Below, one piece after another: positions 1 to 10,400 of a stretch of 64,000 nucleotides of DNA. This stretch comes from a virus: the IMG/VR virus record IMGVR_UViG_3300032053_000048, positions 1 to 64,000 of that record; one strand, written 5' to 3'. A program made the position numbers and the translations under genes. Positions within the stretch are counted from its first letter, which is position 1, and each line of letters begins with the position of its first letter. The notes below the pieces were generated by a model. The model made no database searches. It saw only the letters and a program-made list of their open reading frames with translations, and had not been told where the DNA came from.

Positions 1-1484
1 GATAGCAGAGGATATATCCAGATGCTGAAGTTCAGACCTATCATCTGTTTGATCGTCTGAGTATCTGCCCGTCTTGTCACCTGATCTGCTCCTTTGTACC
101 AGACCTCGAAACTCTTTGCCCGACTGTCGGGATATCCGATAAACGGCCTGATCTGGAATTTCACGTATGTTGGCGCTGCAGCTGAGTACCAGTTAAAAGT
201 CTTCCAGCCCGAGAAAACCTTTCGCTCTCCTTCCGGGGTGTCGAGTATGAAAGCAATCCCGAGCGAATAATCGGCTCCGGTAGTGTAATCGTCATAATCC
301 GGGTTTATCATTCCGTATAGCGATGTTCCGGGGAAAAGCTTGTTGGTGATGTTGCCAAGAAATATGCGCTGGTTGTACGGGTAGAGGCTTTCACCATAAA
401 GACGGTGGGGCGAAAGATTCCCGGGAGTCATTACCTCACTTGATGAAATTAGCGATGTGTCTGTCGATTCAGCAGCAGTCCAGGAATCAGCCGTCAGATT
501 CTCCAGCGAGACCTTTACCAGGCTGAAATAATTCAGCTCCTCGGCAAGCCAGCTGTACATCAAAGAGGGACTCCAGTCATCCGGCATCGTCCGGCTGTAA
601 TACGTGTCCCAACTCATATAACCGGTAATCCTTTCTGTCAGCAACCGGTGATTGGTAACATAAACATTCAGACTCTTGATGATGCCCTTGTACTGAGCTT
701 TCAGGGTGGTCAGATCACCGGAAGGAATATTGATCTTGTACTGCAGCTGATAACCAGTGAACTTGGAATAAATACCTATGCCGTCACCACTATTGACATT
801 GTGTTTCTTGGCATCTATCCTGCTCACATACACATACTGCGGAACAGAATGATTAACCATGCTCCCGTCAAAAAGCTCAAAACAAAATCTTACCATGTAC
901 CTGCCAATAAGATACCCTTTCTGACTGAGCCTCATCATCTGGTCCTGCCCCAATCCGGCAATAGCCAAATCCCCGGCTTCATTACTCCATGCCGTCTGCT
1001 GATAAACCTCCTCATCATTGGTGCTCTTTGTTACCGACTGAACGGTGACTAAGGGCATATCCGGTAGCAGCAATTCAAAATCCTTGTAACTGTCACTATC
1101 GTAATCAAACAAAAAAACAACAGTTTTTTTCTCGCTGACTATCGAAACAGTTATCGCCTTCCCGAGTGCCCCAAACTTTATATCACCGGATACTGCCCTG
1201 AAAGTGAGGTTTTGCGTTGTCGGACTGCCGTTCTCGTAAATTGTGTATGCCAGGTTTCCCGAAACAACACCCCATAACACGTAAATGGTTTCAGAAATAT
1301 TGTGCCGGAATAATACCTTGAAAGGAGGACTCGTAAGACGAACTTTCCTCGGTACCGGCCTGAGAGCTCCACCAGTGTAACGGAGATTTATCAATTCATG
1401 CAGTGCTCCATCCTGCAGGGATTCTATCGGTAAACGGTTAATCGTTCTCAACGATATCGGCTGGCGTAATGTCTTTAGACTCAT
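1..1484 (-). CDS. Tail tubular/stabilisation (nozzle-like) protein, partial (runs off left edge)
   Basis: Not in ORF track. Manual translation from ATG at 1484 (MSLKTLRQPISLRTINRLPIESLQDGALHELINLRYTGGALRPV...) has no stop up to the window edge. Motifs RFCFELFDGS, YNQRIFLGNI and GYPDSRA resemble Bacteroidota phage tail proteins. Confidence 0.7.
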   Translation of the reverse strand, partial: MSLKTLRQPISLRTINRLPIESLQDGALHELINLRYTGGALRPVPRKVRLTSPPFKVLFRHNISETIYVLWGVVSGNLAYTIYENGSPTTQNLTFRAVSGDIKFGALGKAITVSIVSEKKTVVFLFDYDSDSYKDFELLLPDMPLVTVQSVTKSTNDEEVYQQTAWSNEAGDLAIAGLGQDQMMRLSQKGYLIGRYMVRFCFELFDGSMVNHSVPQYVYVSRIDAKKHNVNSGDGIGIYSKFTGYQLQYKINIPSGDLTTLKAQYKGIIKSLNVYVTNHRLLTERITGYMSWDTYYSRTMPDDWSPSLMYSWLAEELNYFSLVKVSLENLTADSWTAAESTDTSLISSSEVMTPGNLSPHRLYGESLYPYNQRIFLGNITNKLFPGTSLYGMINPDYDDYTTGADYSLGIAFILDTPEGERKVFSGWKTFNWYSAAAPTYVKFQIRPFIGYPDSRAKSFEVWYKGADQVTRRADTQTIKQMIGLNFSIWIYPLL

Positions 1485-1947
1485 CTCCTTCATTTATTAC
1501 TTGTTGATTGAAATAATTCACGATATTGACGTTCTTCGGAACCGGAGGTACATCTCCCCTGGGGTCCAGCGTCTTTGTGGCATCATTGACTGTCTTGAGC
1601 GCCTTCTGCAAAATATCTACATTAACTAACTTCGGAATACGCTTCTTGAGTTGCTTTACAATCAACTCCTGAACGTCCATAAGCTCACCCTGGATTTTTA
1701 ACTTGCGCTCAAGCATCGAGTTGAGATTCTCAGTGATCTCTGCCGGAAGAACAGGCACCCGACCGGCTACCTCATCAATCTTGCATCCTCTGAGTAGTTC
1801 AATGTCCTTGGTTTTCTTGTACCTGAAAAGCGATCTCTCACTTATCCCCTCCTGCCGGGCTGCCTGCGAGAACGACATACCCTCGTTGACAACAAACCAT
1901 AAGGCCCTTAATGCCTGTTGCTCCGAAATTGCGTTTTCCTGTGCCAT
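1438..1947 (-). CDS. HTH DNA-binding protein, possible terminase small subunit
   Basis: N-terminal HTH (MSFSQAARQEGISERSLFRY), helical middle and beta-like C-terminal tail (NVNIVNYF), a TerS-like layout. Confidence 0.5.
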   Translation of the reverse strand: MAQENAISEQQALRALWFVVNEGMSFSQAARQEGISERSLFRYKKTKDIELLRGCKIDEVAGRVPVLPAEITENLNSMLERKLKIQGELMDVQELIVKQLKKRIPKLVNVDILQKALKTVNDATKTLDPRGDVPPVPKNVNIVNYFNQQVINEGDESKDITPADIVEND

Positions 1948-2014
1948 ATTATTAATCTAAAATTTTGTAGAACCAAAATTTCTACAAAGGTTAAAGTTAT
2001 TCCATGAGAAAACA

Positions 2015-2078
2015 TTATAATTTATCACGAATTGCTGATAATTTATCACATTACGAAGGATTTTATAGATTAAGTTTA
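2015..2078 (+). promoter_or_regulatory. Putative regulated late promoter 1 (two 13-bp boxes plus -7-like element)
   Basis: TTATAATTTATCA (2015) and TGATAATTTATCA (2036) at a 21-bp period, then TAAGTTTA at 2071. The same layout recurs at 26090-26153. Confidence 0.6.
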
Positions 2079-2138
2079 CACTAAATTTTGAGAGCAATAT
2101 TTGAGTAATCATAGAAATTTAATTTAAATTTCAAAATT

Positions 2139-2762
2139 ATGTTAGGATTAGCACTCGCAGCAGGCTCGGCAGCCCTCGGTACATGGGCCAAGATAAGAGA
2201 GGCAGCCAAGATGAAAGAGGCCAGGGCAGACCTCGAAAAACGCAAACAGGAACTCGATATGGAATATATGAAGGACGTGAACCTCGACTACCTCAACACA
2301 CCCCAGGCTCAGTCGGCACTGTCAATGCTGTCCAAAAAGTACATCGAGAACGTTAAAAGAGTTAACCAGGGAGCCGTCATAAGCGGGAGATCACCTGAGA
2401 ATACTATCGCTGCTACAGAGGAGCTGCAGAAACCCTATACCGAAACCCTGTCACGTCTTGCAGGCTATGGTCAGCAACGCCAGGATGCACTCAAAAGCTC
2501 GTTCTGGCGAAGGGAAGATAGTCTCAATGACCTCATCTACGGAACCAAGGTCGGAGAGGCTCAGTCATGGTCCAATATGGCAGAGAACGCTGGTAATGCA
2601 GTTGGGGCTTTCACTATGATGGATGCCTACGGCGAGGACCGCTCTGGATTATTCAAAAACCTGAAAAACCGCAGGGTACTCAGAGGAGCAGGGAAGATTC
2701 CCGGGAACTCGGCATTTCCCAATTTGGCTCCCACATTCAACACATCAACTCTCAAAAATTAA
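2139..2762 (+). CDS. Putative internal virion/DNA ejection protein (small)
   Basis: Gly/Ala-rich hydrophobic N-terminus followed by helical Q/A/E-rich sequence; first gene of the operon ending in the giant protein and portal. Confidence 0.6.
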   Translation: MLGLALAAGSAALGTWAKIREAAKMKEARADLEKRKQELDMEYMKDVNLDYLNTPQAQSALSMLSKKYIENVKRVNQGAVISGRSPENTIAATEELQKPYTETLSRLAGYGQQRQDALKSSFWRREDSLNDLIYGTKVGEAQSWSNMAENAGNAVGAFTMMDAYGEDRSGLFKNLKNRRVLRGAGKIPGNSAFPNLAPTFNTSTLKN

Positions 2763-2767
2763 TATCA

Positions 2768-3256
2768 ATGACCGATAGTGGCGAATATAAGGACAAGTAT
2801 TTCGAGGAGAAGTTTCGGGGAGTCGAAAAAGGATTCGAGAATATTGACCGGTCCCTGGGTGAGATAAAGGACCTGATCAGCATGAAAGCTTCTGCCGGTG
2901 CAGTACATCGACTGGAACAGAGAATATCTAACCTCGAACAGGCACATATACCATGCGCCTCTGTCGTTCTGGTACAGAAAGAGGTAAGCGATATGAAAGA
3001 TAAGTTCGTCATGAAATCGGACTTTGATAAACTCAAAAGTGATGTGGACCCCATCAAGATTGCAACCGAGAGTACAGTGTTCTTTCATAAGCACCCCAAA
3101 CTATTCAAGATGGTGCTTATAGGAGCTTTTGTACTGCTACTTATCTCTGCAATAGGGCTTATGCCATCATGGTTTATGTGGAAAAGATGGAAAGCAGACA
3201 TGAGAGTAATTGAAGCTCAGAGAACCGAACAGCCAAAAACTGAAACACAAAAATAA
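2768..3256 (+). CDS. Coiled-coil protein with C-terminal transmembrane helix
   Basis: Heptad-like N-terminus and TM segment MVLIGAFVLLLISAIGLMPSWF. Confidence 0.6.
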   Translation: MTDSGEYKDKYFEEKFRGVEKGFENIDRSLGEIKDLISMKASAGAVHRLEQRISNLEQAHIPCASVVLVQKEVSDMKDKFVMKSDFDKLKSDVDPIKIATESTVFFHKHPKLFKMVLIGAFVLLLISAIGLMPSWFMWKRWKADMRVIEAQRTEQPKTETQK

Positions 3257-3257
3257 T

Positions 3258-4442
3258 ATGGCAAGAGAGGACCTTAATGCCCCCTTTTCTTCGCTCATTG
3301 ACTGGAGTAAAGAAGAATCGGCACTGGAAGCCGAGAAAGGCCGTAAACAGAATATCCAGAAAAGGATAATGAAAGCCAATGCCCTCGGCGAAGCCTTCCG
3401 TCTTATATCCGAGGGTATAGGGAAATCAAGAGGCTCCAATGTTGTCGCTCGAAATACAAATCCTTTCGTGCTTAACGCAGTTTCAAATTATGCCAAGGCC
3501 GATGATGAATATATGGGCCGTCTGGAAAACCTCAAAACCAAAAAGCTCGCTCTCGGACAGGCCGATATCCAGTACAAGATAGGACAGGAGCAGACTGCAG
3601 AGGCAAGGAACTTCGCTGCCGGGCAGGCTGAGAAACAACACTCATGGAAGGCCCAGGATGAACTTGATCAACTCGCCCGGGAATACGACCTTCTGGAGTT
3701 CAAGTACAAGGAGGAAGGCAAGCTTGCTGAGGCCGAGGGTGCCCGGAAAAATAAATTGCTTGCACAGCAGGCCAAAGCAGCTATCGAGGAATACCGGGGA
3801 AAGAAAGAGGTCGATATGAACATGACCTCTAAAGGACCAAGTACAGCCCGGAGAAACAAAGACGATCTGCAGGTAGATTCACCGGAAACCGGAGTAAGAT
3901 ATTTCTTCGATCAGGGCCAGTGGAGCGCAGCCGTTAACCTCATCCGGGGTAATAAAACTAAATACGACCGGTCACTGCCGGACGTTATCAGGGATATCCT
4001 TGACAACAAAAAACCAGACCCTACAGCATTGGCAACAGCCCTGAGGGATAACTGGTCAGTAGCCAAATATGCGCTACCCGAATATGCTACCGAACTGCAG
4101 AAGGCACAATTCGAGAACATGGCATCAGGAGGAACCGGGGCACTTGTACCAGGCTTCGGGCAACCCCCACAATCAGGCACTCCCGCTCCACAATCCCCCA
4201 CCGGAACCCAAAAGGACCTCAGCGACCCTGATAAACTACAGCTCAAAGCTGACATTATGGGAGTACTGCAGTCAAATTATGGAGAAGCAAAAAAAACCAC
4301 TCAGATATCGAGCATGATCAAACAAAGATATAAAGCACAGGGCATCAATAAACCTATCAGCGAAATCAATGAGGAAGTAGTACTCATTATGAGCGACTGG
4401 AAGGATTATGTTAAAGGCCTGGGCTCAACTGTGGCAAAATAA
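3258..4442 (+). CDS. Putative internal virion/DNA ejection protein (middle)
   Basis: ATG at 3258 follows directly after the upstream stop. Helical, charged protein lying between the small ejection-like gene and the giant gene. Confidence 0.6.
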   Translation: MAREDLNAPFSSLIDWSKEESALEAEKGRKQNIQKRIMKANALGEAFRLISEGIGKSRGSNVVARNTNPFVLNAVSNYAKADDEYMGRLENLKTKKLALGQADIQYKIGQEQTAEARNFAAGQAEKQHSWKAQDELDQLAREYDLLEFKYKEEGKLAEAEGARKNKLLAQQAKAAIEEYRGKKEVDMNMTSKGPSTARRNKDDLQVDSPETGVRYFFDQGQWSAAVNLIRGNKTKYDRSLPDVIRDILDNKKPDPTALATALRDNWSVAKYALPEYATELQKAQFENMASGGTGALVPGFGQPPQSGTPAPQSPTGTQKDLSDPDKLQLKADIMGVLQSNYGEAKKTTQISSMIKQRYKAQGINKPISEINEEVVLIMSDWKDYVKGLGSTVAK

Positions 4443-4448
4443 TCTCCT

Positions 4449-7400
4449 ATGACAGTACAAGACGTAGAACAGAACAAACCGAAAACAAAATCTGTACTTG
4501 GATTACCTTCATTTGCTGACCTGGATAGTTATAAGAAAACAGGCCAGTTCACTCCGGGTGCCGATACCTACGTGCAGAGCGAGGAAGACCGGTTAAAAGA
4601 AGAAGAATTCCAGAAAAAAGGTGCGCTCGGTAAGATGTGGACCGGACTGCAGCAGTTCTGGTATGGTAATCTTGCTGGTCTGCAGTATGGAGGAGTTGAA
4701 CTTGCACCAATACTGACAAAGATTCCTGCAGTGGCACTCGGCGCACGTATGCTTGGTAAAAACCGTCAGGAGGTTGAGGACGCTCTTATTGCCAGCGAGG
4801 TCTATAAAGACAAAGCCCGGGAAAATCTCGATAAAGCTAATGCTATTTATGGTCATGGTTTCTGGAATGAGGTTGGTAAAGCTGCGCCTTTTGTGGCATC
4901 GGCCCTCGCATCAGGAGGATTGGGACTTGCAGGCGAAGCTGCAGGTTCGGTTGGTATGGCAGCAACAGGAACAGCCCTCAGGGGAGCAGCAACCTTAGCT
5001 TCCGAAGGAACCCTGGGCGCATTGCTCGGCTCTACATACGGCTCATCACTCATGGAGAGTGATATGTACGAGGAAATGACAGGCAAACAAGTTCCAGTCT
5101 TTCAGAAACAGGCAGATGCACTTGTTTCTACAGCAGCTATGATGCTGGCATTCCGTCTTGCCGGGTCAAGTGTAAACAAGATCGGAGATGCTTACAGTAA
5201 TGTGATGAAGAACGTCCTGAGGGATAACCCCGGACTCACATCAAGCCTTGTCGGAAGATTTATTGCCGAAACACCCGGAGCAGCTGCTAAACTGATGGCA
5301 ATAGGCAAGCAATCCGCAGCCGAAGGCCTGAAGGTCGGAGGTGGTATGGGACTTATGACCCTCACCGATGATTTTCTGAAAAATTTGGAGAAATATCCTG
5401 AAGACAGACTGGCATTTAGCGAGATCGTTAAAAATACTGTAACGTCCTTTAAGTCCGGTGCTTTTCTTGGTGCCATGATAGGTCCCGTATCAGCAGGTAT
5501 AGGCGAGGGTTATCATTATTTCCGGCGCAAACAGAACGGAGTAAACCTTCTGCAGACTGCCGATGGCAAGGTGTATGAGAAAGTTGCTGATAAAGACGCA
5601 GAGACCTACACCGTTATCGACAAGAACCTCCGGCCTAAGGATATCAAAAAGAGTGAGGTTATTGATCAGGTAAACATGACAAAACCCGAACTCGATCAGG
5701 CCCTGGACGCCTATCGTACTAATTCCGATGCACTCCCCAAGATCGAAGAAGGTATCTATACCAATTATGCTAAAAAATCGGCACAGGACCTGGCAAGACA
5801 GATAACGACCTTTGACGACAAGGGTAACGCAGCTATCGTCTTTATGACCGATAAAGATGGTCATACATACTTCCAGAAAAAACTATCGATGCTCAGCGAT
5901 GGTATGTATGCTATTGTTGGCCGGGTAGAGAAAAACCCCGAGACAGGCGAGCTGGCTGTCAAAGATCAGATGGTCAAGATAACCGACCAGCAGGGCAAAA
6001 TGACAAACGGTTGGCAGATATCCGGTACTGCCACTCCCGATGAATTCGTTCAACGTGGAGTTGACGCTTACCGGGCTAAGAAAGGATGGATACCCGGAAT
6101 ACCTGGCGAGGAACCTGTTAAAGATGATAAAACCGGTATGCCACTGGACCCTGTTACACGTCAGCAACAGGAAGATGCAGCCCGGAAAGTAGCCAAGGAA
6201 GGTGATAAAATAACCTACCAGGGCCGGGAATTCGAGGTAATGGGTATTGGCTTTGATGGGAGTGTTAAGGCAGTTGAACTCAAGGACGGAGATCCCATCG
6301 GCGAGTATATCGAGATCAAACCTGACCAGGTTGATCAGATCAATGACAAGAAGTTTAAGGAACCAACCGAGGACTTAATACCTGCCGAAGGTGCGAAAGT
6401 AAAACCGGGAACGCCAGTCTATCTGAAAGACGGTGTGCCGGTCAGTAAGGGAGAGATCAAAGGAGTGATGTCACTGGCTACCGATCTGGAACAGACAGCC
6501 GGATATACCTGGGAGAACGACAAGGAACTTGATAAACTGAAGAAAAAGAAATTTCCTGATAGCGTTCAGAACTGGTTCATTGATGGTAAGGAAGTAACCC
6601 CTGATGAGGTTCGTGGAGCAATCTCAGTTATCCGTACTCTTAAGGATGCAGCAAGAATAAAAATTCAGCATGACCCTGAACTTGAGAAACTACTGGCTGA
6701 TAAGATCGCACTGATCACACCCGTAGAGAAACCAAAGGAAGTCACCCCTAAAGTCACCCCTGCCAAAGTGGTGACTAAAGAACCCGGAAGGGCCCCTGGT
6801 TTGGAAGTTCCAGGAGGACCGCAGGCAGGGGGCGCAAGTGAGACGGCACCCCCACCTGTTTCCGAGGAATTTCATGGAGAGGGAGTATGGGCTGGTAACA
6901 AGAAAGCAAAACCTGTTTCCAAAGACTGGAAAATGACCAGAGAGGAATTCTGGAACCTGCCGGAGAATCAAAAAATATACGGCAAACTTACTGGCAAGGA
7001 CAAAGACGCATTTCTTTCGCTACATAAAATTGCTGTCGAGGAAGCAATCAAAGAAGGTAAACCTGTTCCGAAGGAAGTACTGGCAGAGTATCCTGATCTT
7101 AAACCATCTGAGAAATATCAACTCAATGATATGACTTTCGATACCAAGGATGAGCTGTTTGAGTACCTGGATGAGAACGCTGTCAATGAGAATGGGACCC
7201 GGAAGGTTGACTTTCTGGAACATAAAGCAGGCCTGCCGGAACCTAATGTAATCAAAGCTATCAACGAATGGTCGAAAAAATATCCTGTTACGACCAAACC
7301 TATTGAAGAAAAACCGACAGAGGTAACACCTGAACCCATAGGAATTAGCCCGGAGAATGCAGTTGAGGAACTAAAAACAACTCCGGTCTATCATGGTACT

Positions 7401-10400
7401 TTCGCAAATTTTGAGAAGTTCGACCCCGAGAAACTTGGTACATCGACAGGTGCGGCATCCGCAAAACAAGGATTTTTCTTTGCTACCAATCCGACAATAG
7501 CAGCAAGTTACGCATCAAAAACCCGTAAGAGAATTGATGAGATTAAGCCGGAGATGGATAAACTGCATAAGGAAATTACAGACCTTACTGGTGATACATG
7601 GATACAGGCTGCTCATAAACTCATTCAGTTAGAGGTAAATAAAACACCAGCTTATTCTCCTATTACCAACGGAAAGGTCCGGGATATTCTTGATAAACTA
7701 ACTGCACTGGAAGATGAACTACAGAGTTTCGATGAGACCTGGATGAATGATCAGGTCGAACTCGCCGATGAAGGAAATCTAAAGAAGGTTTATCTTGATA
7801 TCAAAAATCCTTTCATAAAAGACTACGAGGGGTCTGACTTTAGGGATGAACCTTATGCCAAAGTTATTGCTGATGCAAAGGAAGCCGGTCACGATGCTGT
7901 AATATTTAAGAATACATTTGATGGAGGCGACCCTGCAGGTAATCTTTACCCAACAGATGTTATTGTTGTATTCAGTGCAGACCAGATAAAGACAGAACCT
8001 GTTTCTACTGATGTTATCGAAGGTGGACTCAAGTCAGCTGACGAGATCGCTGGTGAGATCGAGGAGGCACGTAAGGATGTTGAACCGGCACCAACAGAAG
8101 GCCAGAAAGAGGCCGGGAACTATCCTAAAGGTCATATCTCTGTGCTTGGTATGGATATCTCGATAGAAACAGCCAAGGGAGGAATCCGTTCCGGTACTGA
8201 TCGCAGTGGTAAAGAGTGGAGTATCGAGATGAAGAATGACTATGGTCATATACTCGGTACCGAAGCTGCAGACGGTGATCTGCTTGATGTATTTATAGGG
8301 GAAATAAAGCCCGATCAGAATATTTACATAATCGACCAGGTTAGGCCCGGGACAAAGATTTTTGATGAACATAAGGTCATGCTTGGATTCGATAACGGTA
8401 AGGTAGCCAAGGATACCTACTTGTCTAATTACGAGGAAGGATGGACCGGATTCGGAGCTATGTCGGTCATGCCGATAGAGCAGTTCAAGAATTGGGCCTT
8501 TACTAAAGGGACCTATACCGCTTTAGGTACTAAAAGACTGAACCAGCCACTTTCCAAGAGTATATTGCCAAGAACTTCCGAAACGGAAGAAACGGAAGAA
8601 ACGGAAGCACCTACAGGACCAACTCCGGCCGTTATCGAGGGCATGGCCAAGATAAAAGAACGGGAGAAACTGGACCGTCAGAGGGCTGTTCAGGAAAATA
8701 AGTTATTCCAGGAACAAAAAACGAGGTTACTGGATGATCTGATCAAGGCTGAGGATATACTGCTTGGTAAAAACAAGAAGTTTGTACGTGAACACGAATC
8801 AGAGTATCCTGATAAAATGAAGGATTCGATGATTGTTTCTCAGTATGAATATAAGATCGAGGAACTTCCTGAGAACATCAAGGCTAAACTCAGCAAGCTT
8901 GGAATCAGGGTTAAGGATGGCAAACTGGTTATTGATATCTACAAGGATGGAACTGTTGAGGTTGGCGATCTCCGTAAAGCAATGGAGATCATTGATAAAG
9001 GATTCCCAAAACGTATCACTGAACGCAGGTTGCTTGAAGGCCCAAGTAAACCAAAAGGAAGACAGATCAGGGCAATAGCAGAGTCTCTTGGAAGTCTTGA
9101 GGAAGCTCAGCGAAGGGTTAAGGCTGCTGAACAGAACATAAAAGAGGCTAATACTCCCGGACTAAAGAAGATTATGCAGGAATATCTGGATGAGGCCAAA
9201 ACTGTTCTGGCTGAGGCAAAAGATATCGACTATGAAGGTATAGCTCTCAAAACAAAGATCAGTGGCGATGAGGAGTTTCTTGATCTTTTTGAGCGGATAT
9301 CAGATCGGATATATTTCTACGACCTAAACAAGGCAGCTCTTTACGAGATAATTGAAAAGAACAGACCAGCTGAGTTGACTGTAGAAAGCGTACTTCCGCT
9401 TATTGTTCAAAACAGACTTGATGAGAAAAGTCAAACCCTGGACGAAAGAATTAAGGAAGTTAGTGACGAGATTCAGAATAAGGAATCGGAACTCACCGAG
9501 AAATTTGGACATAAGGATGGTAAAGGCCTGCGCAAACCAAAGAACAACCGGGAGGAATATGATCTTCGTTATCTCAATAGTGCAATCAACCGATTAATAG
9601 CAGAATTAGAGGACTTAGAAACCGTAAAACCCAAGTTAAATGTCAAAGGAAAAACTGAAGAACCAATTCGACCGGCTGGTCCTGAAAGAGGCAAGGGAAC
9701 AGAAGATATCATACCCGGAGGCACAGAAACGGCTCCTGAACCGACTCCGCCAAAAGGTCCTGCGCCAGAATTCGCAGGAGAAACTGTAAAATATATTCCG
9801 CATGACGAGTGGGACAAGAATCTCATTAAAGCCAGAATGTATGCTGCCAAAGGTGGGTTGTTCGACCCCGATGAGCTTGCTATACTTGGTAAAGAGCACT
9901 GGACCGATCTTGATTACCTGGTAAAGGCTATCAAAGCAAAGCTCGGGGAACCGGCATTTGTCGGCCCTCCGCAATGGGATGAATTAACAAAACATCTGAA
10001 AGCTATACCTGGGATGAATACCGAGGCAGCCAAGGCCTATGATATCTATTTCAAGAATGGCACCATAACTGACCCTCAGAATTTCCGAATACACCTTATG
10101 AGCAGGGTGAATCCTATTATTACTGACTATTGGGTTAATCATTTCCAGCAGCTACGCAAGGATTACGGACCTATCGAGATAACCGCAGATGTTATTGAGA
10201 AAGTCACCGATATGCTGCAGAAACAGTTCCTGCCTCAGTACAAGACGATGGGAGAGCTGATTCAACAAATTAACCAGGAGAATATTTCACAGTTAATGAG
10301 TGGTGGTCGTGCCGGAGTGTTGAAACCGGAATCTGAGGTTAAGCTTGAAGCATGGAGCCGGTATATAAACCAGTTCGCAAAACCGACTGAGTTTGCTGGA

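Noticed and set aside
648-1372. ORF-track calls 648-1052 (+) and 1178-1372 (-)
   Set aside because: Shadows of the real - strand gene starting at 1484, which the track missed because it runs off the window.
1964-1990. AATTTCTAC/GTAGA resembling a Cas12a direct repeat
   Set aside because: Single copy, arms in the wrong order, no spacers or cas genes.
2036-2048. TGATAA-T-TTATCA as a Fur box or tyrosine-recombinase site
   Set aside because: It is 6-1-6 rather than the 7-1-7 Fur geometry. No recombinase is present and the 8-bp spacers of the two sites differ. Kept as a phage regulatory box.
6774-6936. Open +1 frame across another P/G linker of the giant gene
   Set aside because: No suitable start codon or leader near its beginning and not convincingly protein-like; at most a decayed nested ORF.
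8580-8606. (GAAACGGAA)x3 tandem repeat
   Set aside because: In-frame linker slippage (ETE x3) with no phase-variation potential.
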